Origin: Polaromonas sp.
Lineage (GTDB): Bacteria; Pseudomonadota; Gammaproteobacteria; Burkholderiales; Burkholderiaceae_C
Assembly: GCA_043728315.1 (NCBI GenBank)
Contig: JAYTMT010000002.1
Location: 17,138 to 81,137, forward strand
Direction: 5' to 3'
DNA length: 64,000 nt
Part shown: positions 1 to 9,226 of the stretch, in pieces
Layout: every line of letters starts with the position of its first letter
Position numbering within the stretch: position 1 is the stretch's first letter
Position numbers and translations under genes: made by a program
Notes under the pieces: generated by a model
What the model saw: the letters and a program-made list of their open reading frames with translations, nothing else
The model's database searches: none
Told to the model about the DNA's origin: nothing

Positions 1-652
1 CGGTTTTGCGAAGATTCTCGAAATCAATTCGTAACTCATCAAGTGCTACCAGTAGACTATCTATCTGACTCATAAATCCGGAGTCATTTAAACTTGTTAG
101 CCCAGGTATGATTGCATGCTGCTCATTCCCTAGCCGTGATGCTATTGCGGATAGAAATGCTGAGATACCGAATATTGAACCGGATAAACACGCAATCCGA
201 GTGATTATTGGACCTGGTACGCATTCATAAATTTCTCTTGCGTAGAAGGTCTCATATCTCCGCGAAATGGTATCGACATTCAGAATGATCGCGGACAACG
301 GACACTTTCCACTTGGAACGGCGGTTTTAAGGTAACTGATGCGGGAATGGAGGTCGTCGATCATCATCATAGCGTGATGGCTAACGCGCACAACAAGCTT
401 TGTCTCATCTTCATTGCGTACGATAAGGTTGTGGCATAGCAGCCGGGTAGCAACTGCAGCTACCAATATCGCAGCAAGTGCGGCTGCTGTAGCAGGAAGG
501 AGGGTAAGTAGCTTTTCCGATTGGCCTTCATAAGTTACCCATGCGCCATAGCATAGAAGCGCTATGAGCAATAGCGCGACTACTGACTGCAGGACACGTA
601 CTGTGCGATCTGCCCAAACAAAGCTTCGATTGAGTTTCTCTCGTTCGGTCAT
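1..652 (-). CDS. hypothetical membrane protein, N-terminal 217 codons only (gene runs off the window start)
   Basis: Own translation of the minus strand from ATG (complement of 650-652): MTEREKLNRSFVWADRTVRVLQSVVALLLIALLCYGAWVTYEGQ... It stays open to position 1. It is absent from the ORF track because it has no in-window stop. The sequence is AT-rich and has hydrophobic stretches. Confidence 0.5.
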   Translation of the reverse strand, partial: MTEREKLNRSFVWADRTVRVLQSVVALLLIALLCYGAWVTYEGQSEKLLTLLPATAAALAAILVAAVATRLLCHNLIVRNEDETKLVVRVSHHAMMMIDDLHSRISYLKTAVPSGKCPLSAIILNVDTISRRYETFYAREIYECVPGPIITRIACLSGSIFGISAFLSAIASRLGNEQHAIIPGLTSLNDSGFMSQIDSLLVALDELRIDFENLRKT

Positions 653-688
653 TTCACTGCGCTCATGGAAAGAGCGCAGTGAAATGAC
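648..688 (-). promoter_or_regulatory. perfect 17-bp stem / 7-nt loop hairpin containing the start codon of the 1..652 ORF
   Basis: 648-664 gtcatttcactgcgctc is the exact reverse complement of 672-688 gagcgcagtgaaatgac. The loop is atggaaa. The ATG (650-652 complement) lies inside the 3' arm on the minus-strand transcript. Confidence 0.5.
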
Positions 689-916
689 AACGCAATGGTA
701 CGACTGATGCTAAAATTCATTATGAAATACCTTTGAAACTGTCTCTGTTGTTTGGCTTTAAGATTTTATTTTGTGAATATACAGCGATATTCGACATCAT
801 GATGCTACTCAATACTTTAAATAGCTGACGGACTTAAGCAACTAAAGAACAGGCATTAGTATTTGGTGCAGGATAGAACGTCAACTTTTCTATTCAAGGT
901 CAGGAACTAGCTCAAA

Positions 917-960
917 TACTATAAAAACGTAGCGAACTATCACGATATGGCGCTGACATT
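917..960 (-). repeat. degenerate copy (I) of the dispersed AATGTCAGCGTCATATGGTCATA...TATAGTA repeat
   Basis: The reverse complement reads aatgtcagcgccatatcgtgatagttcgctacgtttttatagta. This aligns along its whole length with the consensus from the other 8 copies. Confidence 0.55.
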
Positions 961-1130
961 GCCGCTATTTTCCTTAAGAAATTAAATTTACGCCAATAAC
1001 CCTATTCGAATTACCACCCAGACGCGGACGACCAGAGAATGCAAAACATCGTGTGAAGCCATTGACAAGCTCAGAGCGAACGGCGTAAAAATCGCAGATC
1101 GAGCGGAGAATGGCGAGTACAAGTCGATAC

Positions 1131-2030
1131 CTAACCAACCCCATCAAACCCAAACCCCGCCAACAAAGCCCGCGCCGCCGCCGTTTGCATGTAATCTACA
1201 AACGCCTGCGCCCCCACCCCCCCCCGTTTGAGCGCTACCATGCGTTGGTGCAGCGGGGTGTGCAGGTCGGCGGGCAGCAGCAGGTGCTGCAAGCGCGTGC
1301 CCAGTGCGGCGGCGCGCAGCAGGGGCAGGGCGGATATGCCTGCTTGCGCGGCGCCCGTGCTTACAAACTGGGTGGCTTGCGCGATGTTTTCGCCCACCAC
1401 CAGTTTGCTTTGCACGGTCTGCCATAGCCCCAGTGATGTGAGCGCCTGCTTAGCGGCTAGCCCATAGGGGGCGTGTTCTGGGTTGGCAATTGAAAATTTT
1501 TGAGCGGCTTGAATGTGCGCCGCAAACTGCGCTCCATGCCTTAACTTAAACTGCGCAGCGGAAAGCGCAGTGGCAGAAGCGTCAACCTCCGCTGGTGCAA
1601 AAGGCGAACCAGTAGCCCCCGCCCCCCACACCCACACCACCCGCCCCAGCCCATACAGCGCCCCCGCATTTTGCGTGAGCCCCCCAGTGGCCAGCCTTGC
1701 AACGAGCGCCTCGTCGGCCGACATGAACACGTCGGCGGGCAGGCCTTGGGCGATTTGCTGCGCCAGCTGGCCCGATGAACCCAGCGTGACTATTAGCCGC
1801 CAGCCGCTGACCTGCTCAAAAGCGGGGGCAATGGCTTGCAGCGCAAACTGCAAATCGCTGGCTGCGGCCACGCGCAGCGTGCCCTTATGAGCTGTTCTGG
1901 CAGCAGTTGTTTGCGCGCTTGCCGCGCCACCCCAAACGGGTAGCCCAGCGGCCAGCCCAGTAGCAAAGCCATGGCGATGGAGCTGGTACGAGACCAAGGG
2001 CAATGCCGTTAAAAGTTTGCGGCGTAGCAT
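1131..2030 (-). CDS. modA: molybdate ABC transporter substrate-binding protein
   Basis: 299-aa ORF with a signal peptide. ModA-like blocks: LRVAAASDLQFALQAI, VTLGSSGQLAQQIAQGLPADVFMSAD, SIANPEHAPYGLAAKQAL, VGENIAQATQFVSTGAAQAG. Confidence 0.8.
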   Translation of the reverse strand: MLRRKLLTALPLVSYQLHRHGFATGLAAGLPVWGGAASAQTTAARTAHKGTLRVAAASDLQFALQAIAPAFEQVSGWRLIVTLGSSGQLAQQIAQGLPADVFMSADEALVARLATGGLTQNAGALYGLGRVVWVWGAGATGSPFAPAEVDASATALSAAQFKLRHGAQFAAHIQAAQKFSIANPEHAPYGLAAKQALTSLGLWQTVQSKLVVGENIAQATQFVSTGAAQAGISALPLLRAAALGTRLQHLLLPADLHTPLHQRMVALKRGGVGAQAFVDYMQTAAARALLAGFGFDGVG

Positions 2031-2056
2031 GCCCAGCGATTTCCGGTCAAAAAGAA

Positions 2057-2332
2057 CTACTGCGCAGGCGTGGCGGCATTAACTGGGACAGAATCAATCC
2101 AAAGCATTTCTGGTGCAATGTCGATGTCGCCTGGCCAAGTGATCGTGCGGTGGGCGATGCGCGCCTGTCCGAAGAGGTGGGGATTTTTCAAGGGCTCGAA
2201 AAACGGGTAGTTCAGTAGCGACTCCACGCTAAAGCGGCGTAGGCTCGCGTCACTGAACTCAATAAGTAGGTTGGGATGGCTAATAGCCTCTATCCTGATG
2301 GGGCTTGGGTCGCGCATGGTGCGGGCACTCAC
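2057..2332 (-). CDS. DUF2442 domain protein
   Basis: 91-aa ORF (GTG at 2332 or ATG at 2317). It is small, and the 'ITWPGDIDIAPEMLW' type C-terminus is typical of DUF2442. It overlaps the upstream DUF4160 gene by 4 nt. Confidence 0.6.
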   Translation of the reverse strand: MSARTMRDPSPIRIEAISHPNLLIEFSDASLRRFSVESLLNYPFFEPLKNPHLFGQARIAHRTITWPGDIDIAPEMLWIDSVPVNAATPAQ

Positions 2333-2595
2333 AGGGGGGCAATTTTGTAGGGGGCTTGGCCAGTGGAGGCAAGCTTCCAGTCTGCCACGAGCTCGTCATG
2401 GCGCAGGTCAATCCAAGCGACGAGTAGTTTGTGCTGCCGAGATGGCAGCTTGCCTTCTAAAACTTCACCATCTACTAAGCTGTAGACAGCCTCGTGCTCC
2501 GCGTATTCAACATGAATATGCGGGAGATGGTGTCGTTGTATATCGAGCACATACATCCTCACGAGGATGCCGTAAAACATGGAAATAGTAGGCAT
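2329..2595 (-). CDS. DUF4160 domain protein
   Basis: 88-aa ORF starting MPTISMFYGILVRMYVLDIQRHHLPHIHVEYAEHEA. This is the characteristic DUF4160 N-terminus (F.GI.I.MY..DH.PPH.H). Confidence 0.7.
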   Translation of the reverse strand: MPTISMFYGILVRMYVLDIQRHHLPHIHVEYAEHEAVYSLVDGEVLEGKLPSRQHKLLVAWIDLRHDELVADWKLASTGQAPYKIAPL

Positions 2596-2898
2596 ATTGC
2601 TATTTTATATGCGCAGGACGCAAACAGCTCACTGCATGCTCAACTGCAAACCTATGCATAAACCCATGCGCCGATTGCATAGTTTTCACCGTAACCGCTT
2701 GGTAACTGACGGCTAGGCTTCTTAAAATAGGCATCCCACTGACCACAAATTGGTGCAAACCCTTGCGTTTTGATTGCGCTGTGATTCAAGCCCGATTCCA
2801 ACTAGGAAGCCACCCGCCCCGCGCCGCGCTCCACCCCACGCATGTGCCCGCTCAGTAGCTTCCTAGCTGAAATCAGGTTTTAACTTTAGGAGCTTCCC

Positions 2899-4821
2899 AT
2901 GAACTCACCCGTGATGCAGGGCCTGGCCCTCAACACCCCCGCGTATGTCAAAAATGCCCGCCTTATCGCGTGGGTGGCCGACATGGTTGCCCTGTGCAAG
3001 CCCCGCGCCATCCACTGGTGCGACGGCTCGCAGGCCGAATACGACCAGTTTTGCGCCCAGCTGGTGGCGGCTGGCACATTCAAGCCGCTAAACCCCGTGC
3101 TGCGCCCCAACTCATTCCTAGCCTGCTCCGACCCCACCGACGTGGCCCGCGTAGAAGACCGCACCTATATTTGCAGCGCCCGCAAAGAAGATGCAGGCCC
3201 GACCAACAATTGGGCTGATCCCGCTGAGATGCGCGGCATATTAGAAACCGGCACGGCTGGCAAAAAAGCTTTATTCGACGGCTGCATGCAAGGCCGCACC
3301 ATGTATGTCGTGCCCTTTAGCATGGGCCCGCTGGGCAGCCCCATTGCCCACATCGGCATCGAGCTGTCCGACAGCGCCTATGTGGCGGTCAACATGCGCA
3401 TCATGACCCGCATGGGCAAGGCCGTGTATGACGTGCTGGGCGTAGAGGGCGAATTTGTGCCCTGCGTACACACCGTGGGCGCACCGCTGGCCGCTGGCCA
3501 ACAAGACGTGAGCTGGCCTTGCAACAGCACCAAATACATCGTGCATTACCCAGCCACCCGAGAAATCTGGAGCTACGGCTCGGGCTACGGCGGAAACGCG
3601 CTCTTGGGTAAAAAGTGCTTTGCGCTGCGCATTGCATCCACCATGGGCAAAAACGATGCACAAGGCCCCTCCGGTAGCCCAGGCTGGCTCGCAGAGCACA
3701 TGCTCATTCTAGGCGTGACCAATCCGCAAGGCAAAAAATACCACGTGGCGGCTGCCTTCCCCAGCGCCTGCGGCAAAACCAATTTCGCCATGCTGATTCC
3801 GCCCGCAGGCTTTGAAGGCTGGAGCGTCACCACCATTGGCGATGACATTGCATGGATCAAGCCCCAAGCCGACGGTACATTACGTGCTATCAATCCAGAA
3901 GCGGGCTACTTCGGCGTAGCGCCGGGCACCAACACATTGACTAACCCCAACTGCATGGCCAGCTTGGACAAAAACACCATTTTCACCAACGTGGCCCTCA
4001 CCGACGACGGCGACGTGTGGTGGGAAGGCATGGGCCCAGCCCCCGCCCACGCCATCGACTGGCAAGGCAAAGACTGGAGCCCCCAAATCGCCAAAGAAAC
4101 CGGCGCAAAGGCGGCGCACCCCAATGCCCGCTTCACAGTAGCCGCCATCAACAACCCCGCGCTCGATGCCGCATGGGACGACGCAGCCGGCGTCAAAATC
4201 GACGCCTTCATCTTCGGCGGCCGCCGCAGCACCACAGTGCCGCTGATCACCGAAGCGCGCAACTGGACCGAAGGCGTCTACATGGCCGCCACCATGGGCA
4301 GCGAGACCACAGCAGCAGCCACCGGCCAAGCAGGCGTGGTCCGCCGCGACCCATTCGCCATGCTGCCGTTTTGCGGCTACAACATGGCCGACTACTTCCA
4401 GCACTGGCTAGACATGGGCGAGAAGCTGGCCAAATCCAATACTAATAACGCAGGCAACACAAGCGTTGCGCTCCCCAAAATCTACACCGCCAACTGGTTC
4501 AGAAAAGGCGCAGCCGGCCAATTCGTCTGGCCCGGCTACGGCGAAAACATGCGCGTGCTCGCATGGATGATCGACCGCATAGAAGGCAAAGCCCCCCAAG
4601 GCACCGACCACCTACTAGGCACCAGCCCCCGCTACCAAGACATCACCTGGACGGGCCTGAACTTCACCGCCGATCAGTTCACCCAAGTCACCAGCATCGA
4701 CAAAGCCGCTTGGCAAGCCGAGCTAAAACTCCACGACGAATTATTCGCCCAACTGCACCACCACTTGCCGCAGGCGCTGGTGGAGACTAAGGCCAAGCTG
4801 GAGGCGCGATTAGCCGCGTAA
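2899..4821 (+). CDS. pckG: phosphoenolpyruvate carboxykinase (GTP)
   Basis: 640-aa ORF with an AGGAG RBS. It carries the GTP-PEPCK hallmarks FPSACGKTN (P-loop), GDDIAWI and NWF. Confidence 0.95.
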   Translation: MNSPVMQGLALNTPAYVKNARLIAWVADMVALCKPRAIHWCDGSQAEYDQFCAQLVAAGTFKPLNPVLRPNSFLACSDPTDVARVEDRTYICSARKEDAGPTNNWADPAEMRGILETGTAGKKALFDGCMQGRTMYVVPFSMGPLGSPIAHIGIELSDSAYVAVNMRIMTRMGKAVYDVLGVEGEFVPCVHTVGAPLAAGQQDVSWPCNSTKYIVHYPATREIWSYGSGYGGNALLGKKCFALRIASTMGKNDAQGPSGSPGWLAEHMLILGVTNPQGKKYHVAAAFPSACGKTNFAMLIPPAGFEGWSVTTIGDDIAWIKPQADGTLRAINPEAGYFGVAPGTNTLTNPNCMASLDKNTIFTNVALTDDGDVWWEGMGPAPAHAIDWQGKDWSPQIAKETGAKAAHPNARFTVAAINNPALDAAWDDAAGVKIDAFIFGGRRSTTVPLITEARNWTEGVYMAATMGSETTAAATGQAGVVRRDPFAMLPFCGYNMADYFQHWLDMGEKLAKSNTNNAGNTSVALPKIYTANWFRKGAAGQFVWPGYGENMRVLAWMIDRIEGKAPQGTDHLLGTSPRYQDITWTGLNFTADQFTQVTSIDKAAWQAELKLHDELFAQLHHHLPQALVETKAKLEARLAA

Positions 4822-4861
4822 GTTTGTAGCGCTTGCCGAGCGAAAAGGCCTTACCCAATGC

Positions 4862-4891
4862 AAAAAGCCGCTGAAATTCAGCGGCTTTTTT
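4862..4891 (+). terminator. rho-independent terminator of pckG
   Basis: Stem gccgctg (4867-4873) / cagcggc (4879-4885), loop aaatt, followed by tttttt (4886-4891). Confidence 0.8.
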
Positions 4892-5014
4892 ATTTTTAGG
4901 CTATTTGTTACACATTCGTCATCAATATTGAGGATGCGCCGCTTCACCTAAACAAATAAACTGATTTCGTGTTTAATGCACGCCCATCACACTAATTTTA
5001 AGAAAGACATATTT

Positions 5015-5362
5015 ATGCCAATCCAAATCAAAAATAATCCAATCACCACAAGCACTAGCCTGAGACTTGAAATGAGTGACACAGGCGGCGCATTTGTATC
5101 GCTGTATTTTGTAGTCCCTGGCCGTGATCCATACGTATTTCGAGAAACCTATAGCGGGAAAATGGACATTAAACTTGATCTACCAAAAGGTACACATCAA
5201 TGTCAATTTCATGTTTTCGCATTTCCGGATGGTGCAGTAAGCCCTACAGTAAATTCAACTCTTAAGATAGATGGTAAGAAAGTGGCTACTTTGAGTGCTT
5301 CAACTCCTGCCGGCGGTGGTGGGCTGCATGAGTCAGCAGCAGTAACTCTGGTAGTCGCATGA
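5015..5362 (+). CDS. hypothetical small protein (AT-rich islet)
   Basis: Track ORF 4976..5362. The likelier start is ATG 5015 (MPIQIKNNPITT...). I recognise no motif. It is 10 nt upstream of the next ORF and has an AT-rich composition. Confidence 0.45.
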   Translation: MPIQIKNNPITTSTSLRLEMSDTGGAFVSLYFVVPGRDPYVFRETYSGKMDIKLDLPKGTHQCQFHVFAFPDGAVSPTVNSTLKIDGKKVATLSASTPAGGGGLHESAAVTLVVA

Positions 5363-5372
5363 GAATAAAATC

Positions 5373-6473
5373 ATGAAAAATAGTACAAAAATTGATTGTT
5401 TGAGGCGTACAAAGAGGCCAAAATTTATAGTCGTTGCCACTTGTGTTGTTTCTTTGTCTCAAGCCGTGCATGGCCAGGAAGCAAAATCAATAAAAGACTA
5501 TCTCGTCGATATAGAACCTTCTCCCGTATCTGCTGCCGAAATGATTGGTGCAACAGGTAGCGCTATTCATAATGTTCAGTTCCCAAAGGATATTTGGCTT
5601 GCATTCAGTCCAATTTCAGACCGCAACACCAAAACTGGTTACGGCTTGGCCATGGCTCCAGCGCGTACATCTTTTCTTGGAATCGGAGGGCAAACTTATT
5701 TTAAAAATCCGTTGAACCGTTTATGGGGTGGGACGAGCTTTAGTTACGCTGAGAACGCATCTGAAATATCAGGGATCACATACAAAAAACAAGGGTTTTC
5801 AATTCAAGCGAGTTCATATTTCGATGAAAAAGATGACCCCATATGGATTAACTATAACGCCGCTTTAGCGTGCAAAGGCAGTAACGACGTAATGGACGAG
5901 ATAGTCCTAAATAAACCAATTGGAGCGGCAAAGTCTGAGTTGTTGAAAAAAGCACAGCTGGCCCTAAAGAAATGCCAAGCTGATGCAAAGCAACCCAAGT
6001 GGAACGCTGGTAAGTACTCTATATCGTATGGTGGCGCTACGATTCGGTCATCTTCTGGCGCGGCGCAATCGATAGCACTTGGCGATACTATGGCGTTGGG
6101 CATGGTTGTGCCAGCTGGAGCCAACGGCGCATTCAACATATCACTGCGTCGTACTCACAATGAGTTGGATTTGTCTACTCTCGGCGGTACGCCAGCATAC
6201 AAGAAGTCAAGTATCGGCGCTGTGCGATATACGATGGGTGTAGCTGAGGACGATAATTTTCGCCTGTTAGCTGAGATCAGCAATGCAAATAGCGCCCAGT
6301 CGTTGCTAAGTAATGCCGTTTTCAAATCTGCTTTGGGTATCGACTGGCGTATCGTGGAGGGTGCTTGGCTTGAGTTCCGTTTTGGCAGGGGTAAGGCAAT
6401 TGATAATGGATCTTTGGAAACTAAAGGTCTTGTGAGTTTCAATATTTCGCCGAGTGCTGCGGGCTTTAAATAG
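5373..6473 (+). CDS. hypothetical exported protein, possibly a beta-rich outer-membrane protein
   Basis: 366-aa ORF with a signal-peptide-like N-terminus (KFIVVATCVVSLSQAVHG-QE). Alternating hydrophobic beta-strand-like segments occur towards the C-terminus (AWLEFRFGRG, GLVSFNIS). AT-rich. Confidence 0.5.
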   Translation: MKNSTKIDCLRRTKRPKFIVVATCVVSLSQAVHGQEAKSIKDYLVDIEPSPVSAAEMIGATGSAIHNVQFPKDIWLAFSPISDRNTKTGYGLAMAPARTSFLGIGGQTYFKNPLNRLWGGTSFSYAENASEISGITYKKQGFSIQASSYFDEKDDPIWINYNAALACKGSNDVMDEIVLNKPIGAAKSELLKKAQLALKKCQADAKQPKWNAGKYSISYGGATIRSSSGAAQSIALGDTMALGMVVPAGANGAFNISLRRTHNELDLSTLGGTPAYKKSSIGAVRYTMGVAEDDNFRLLAEISNANSAQSLLSNAVFKSALGIDWRIVEGAWLEFRFGRGKAIDNGSLETKGLVSFNISPSAAGFK

Positions 6474-6585
6474 ACTTGCGATTGAACTACAGCGTTATCG
6501 GTGACCAATTTGATTTACTTCGGCGACATTGAAGTATTGTTCGAGGATGTTTTTCGGGAGCCTTAGCCGTGACGGCAGGTAGTTG

Positions 6586-7638
6586 CTACTTCGTGAGTGC
6601 AGGAGCTAATTCTGGCACCAGTGTAGCCAGCGCCGTCCTCCCTTGCCGCGCCCGCTTCTGCCAACCCTGACCACGCGACATAGCATCTTGCCACGCGGCT
6701 TGCAGGCCATCTGGATCGCGCTCCGCGCAATAGGCTATCAATGCCGCTGCTTGCGCTAAATCTTTGGACACTTTGGCTTTGAACGCACCAGTGCGTTCGC
6801 CAATGATGAGTAGTTTGTGCACGGCGTAGCGCTCTGGCGCGGGCAGAGTCACCACCACGCTGCGGCCTGTGGCATCGAGCAGGGTGGCTTGCTGCACTTG
6901 CTCTAATGAAAATTCCATGAAGCGCAGGGGTTGCAGCGCCACGTCTAAGTTGTCTACCAAGATCGGGGCGTCGTTGTCGGCTATGCGGGGGCACAAAAAA
7001 TCGATTTGGTATTCGGCTTGGGTGGGGTGCTTGTAGCTGGCGCCTGCTGCGCCTCGGTATTGCACCAGTGGCAAAAAGCCTTCTGCCATGGTGGTGATGG
7101 CGGCGTGGGGTTCGGCTCTGATGTTGCTGGGCAGGGCAATAGAAATGTTGCGCCCTGCGTGTGCAAAGTCAATGTCTGCGGTTTGATCAGCGCTGGCCCA
7201 GCGGATGCCCAGCATATTGGCATAGCTTAAAAACGCATGGGTGCCCACCAGCACACCACCAGCCCTGAAAAATCCGTATTCGTTGAGCCGCAAGATCACG
7301 CTCAAATGCGCGCGCTGCGTGGTGGCGCAGCCCAGTGTGTGCGCCACTTTGGCCAGCGGTTTTACGGCGGCATGTGGCATAGCGCTGCGCGCTTGCGCTA
7401 GGAGTGTTTGCGTGGCCTCGTTGTCAGGGCCAACATAGATTTGCCGAATGCGTTGGTCGGCCTCGCGGTATGAAAAGTACCAATGCAGTTTGCCTTTGAT
7501 ATTTTTGGTGGAGTAGCTGCCCTGCAAATGCGACACATCTCTGGACAGCTCCACGCCCATGGCTGCGGTATGCAGCTGTGCATAGGCGGTAGATGTGCCT
7601 ACTGGTTGGTTGGTGAAGTATTGGGTGCTTGTGCTCAC
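6586..7638 (-). CDS. nucleotidyltransferase-fold protein (GSU2403-family-like; tentative)
   Basis: 350-aa ORF with a GTG start. The N-terminal 'KGKLHWYFSYREADQRIRQIYVGP' block and overall size match my recollection of GSU2403-type / AbiEii-like NTase-fold proteins. This needs HMM confirmation. Confidence 0.5.
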   Translation of the reverse strand: MSTSTQYFTNQPVGTSTAYAQLHTAAMGVELSRDVSHLQGSYSTKNIKGKLHWYFSYREADQRIRQIYVGPDNEATQTLLAQARSAMPHAAVKPLAKVAHTLGCATTQRAHLSVILRLNEYGFFRAGGVLVGTHAFLSYANMLGIRWASADQTADIDFAHAGRNISIALPSNIRAEPHAAITTMAEGFLPLVQYRGAAGASYKHPTQAEYQIDFLCPRIADNDAPILVDNLDVALQPLRFMEFSLEQVQQATLLDATGRSVVVTLPAPERYAVHKLLIIGERTGAFKAKVSKDLAQAAALIAYCAERDPDGLQAAWQDAMSRGQGWQKRARQGRTALATLVPELAPALTK

Positions 7639-7643
7639 CCGTC

Positions 7644-7677
7644 AACTATACAACAAATTTTATTTTGTTGTATAGTT
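7644..7677. promoter_or_regulatory. perfect 14-bp inverted repeat (operator candidate) 6 nt upstream of the NTase-fold gene start
   Basis: aactatacaacaaa (7644-7657) and tttgttgtatagtt (7664-7677) are exact reverse complements separated by 6 nt. Confidence 0.5.
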
Positions 7678-7685
7678 CGCGCAAT

Positions 7686-8129
7686 TTACGCCGCAGCCCG
7701 CATCCTAGCCGCATCAATCTCCGCCAACACGCGGCTGTCGGTGAGGGCGCTTTCCCAGTAGATTTTGTCTTGGGCTGCGGCTGCGCTTTTGGCTTGCCAT
7801 TGGGTAAACGATGCGCTCGCAGCGCTGGCGGCGCGGCGGATGGGGGCGGCTAGCAGGGCCAAGGCGGCAAAGGCCACTGTCCAAAGCACCACCCAAGCAG
7901 CAAACAAATGCTGGTCGGTCCAGGTATCCATCAGTTGGTTGGCGGCAAACACAGCGGCTGACACGGCGGCAGCTATGGCTACTGTGCCTAGGCCTTTGGT
8001 GCTGAAGAATTCTTTGTGGGTGGCTTGCTTGATGCTGGTGGCCACTTCGCCCATGGCGGCGGCTACGTCGGCAGCGCGGACCACGCCGGGGTGTTCGGTA
8101 AAGTATGCGGGTTGGATGAAAGTGCTCAT
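7686..8129 (-). CDS. hypothetical membrane protein
   Basis: 147-aa ORF with two central hydrophobic helices (GTVAIAAAVSAAVFAANQL; AAWVVLWTVAFAALALLAAPI). It is divergent from the LysR gene. Confidence 0.55.
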   Translation of the reverse strand: MSTFIQPAYFTEHPGVVRAADVAAAMGEVATSIKQATHKEFFSTKGLGTVAIAAAVSAAVFAANQLMDTWTDQHLFAAWVVLWTVAFAALALLAAPIRRAASAASASFTQWQAKSAAAAQDKIYWESALTDSRVLAEIDAARMRAAA

Positions 8130-8242
8130 GGCGGACTCCTTGTCAATATTCCTGATAGCGGATTTGCTTTTGGAATAGGGTGATATTAGCGTTTACCCTA
8201 GTGTTTGACCACTTTAGAATAGTGATGCATACTATTCATCAT

Positions 8243-9205
8243 ATGAATTTTAGAACACTAGATTTGAACCTGCTGCGCGTCTTTGACGAGGTGATGGCCG
8301 AGCGCAGCCTCACGCGCGCAGCGCACAACCTGTCACTCACCCAGCCAGCGGTGAGCAATGCGCTCAAGCGCCTGCGCTATGCCTTGGGCGATGAGCTGGT
8401 GCAGCGCGCTGGCTTTGGCATGCAGCCCACACCCAAGGCGCTGGAGCTGTGGCCAGCCGTGCGCAGCGCGCTACACAGTTTGCAGCACACGCTAGCGCCC
8501 GGGCGCTTTGATGCGGCCACGTCTAGCGCCACCTTTGTGTTAGCCATGGCCGATGCCACCGCCGCCGAGCTAGTGCCCGCGCTGGTTGAAAACATCGAAG
8601 CCCATGCGCCGGGCGTGTCGCTGCAAATTGTGCCGCTCTCCACCCGCGACCCACGGCGCTTGCTAAACGAAGGTGTGATGGACGTGGCGGTGGGGTTCTT
8701 TCCGGCGGCGCTGGCTGATTTGACGGCCAAGGCCGCGCAATCGGAAGACGGCGCTTACGAGCACCAGCGCTTGTACGATGGGGAATACGTGTGCGTGATG
8801 CGCAAAACGCATCCGCTGGCCAAAATCACTGCCAGAAAGCCGCTAAGCCTCGACCAATTTTGCGCGGCGCACCACCTGCTGGTGAGCTTCAGCGGCCGCT
8901 CCTTTGGTTATGTGGATGAAGCGCTGGCAGGGCTGGGGCGCAAGCGGCGCATTGTGCTCACGGCCAACCAGTTTTTCACGGCGGGGCGGGTGGTGGCACG
9001 GTCGGATTTGCTAACCGTGCTGCCGCGCCATTTTGTGAGCGTGGCCGACAGCGCTCGCGAGCTGGTGGTGCGCGAGCTGCCCTTTGCCATGCAGCCAGTA
9101 CACGTGGATGCCCTGTGGCACCGCCGCCGCAGCAACGACAGCGCCCACCAATGGCTGCGCCTTGCATTGCTGGGGGCAGCAGACTCGGTGTTTAGCAAAA
9201 GTTGA
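8243..9205 (+). CDS. LysR family transcriptional regulator
   Basis: The N-terminal HTH is LDLNLLRVFDEVMAERSLTRAAHNLSLTQPAVSNALKRLR. Track ORF 8180..9205; ATG 8243 (or 8225) gives the canonical N-terminus. Confidence 0.85.
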   Translation: MNFRTLDLNLLRVFDEVMAERSLTRAAHNLSLTQPAVSNALKRLRYALGDELVQRAGFGMQPTPKALELWPAVRSALHSLQHTLAPGRFDAATSSATFVLAMADATAAELVPALVENIEAHAPGVSLQIVPLSTRDPRRLLNEGVMDVAVGFFPAALADLTAKAAQSEDGAYEHQRLYDGEYVCVMRKTHPLAKITARKPLSLDQFCAAHHLLVSFSGRSFGYVDEALAGLGRKRRIVLTANQFFTAGRVVARSDLLTVLPRHFVSVADSARELVVRELPFAMQPVHVDALWHRRRSNDSAHQWLRLALLGAADSVFSKS

Positions 9206-9226
9206 AGATCAAAATACAGAAATACA

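Noticed and set aside
1110-1890. Plus-strand and alternate-frame ORFs overlapping modA (1110..1427, 1228..1467, 1513..1890, 1144..1425)
   Set aside because: They give Arg/Pro/Ala-rich nonsense translations. modA on the minus strand explains the region.
8218-8236. 6-7-6 palindrome aatagt-gatgcat-actatt in front of the LysR gene, considered as an LTTR box
   Set aside because: The spacing does not fit the T-N11-A consensus, and it overlaps an alternative in-frame ATG (8225). Evidence for a regulatory call is insufficient.
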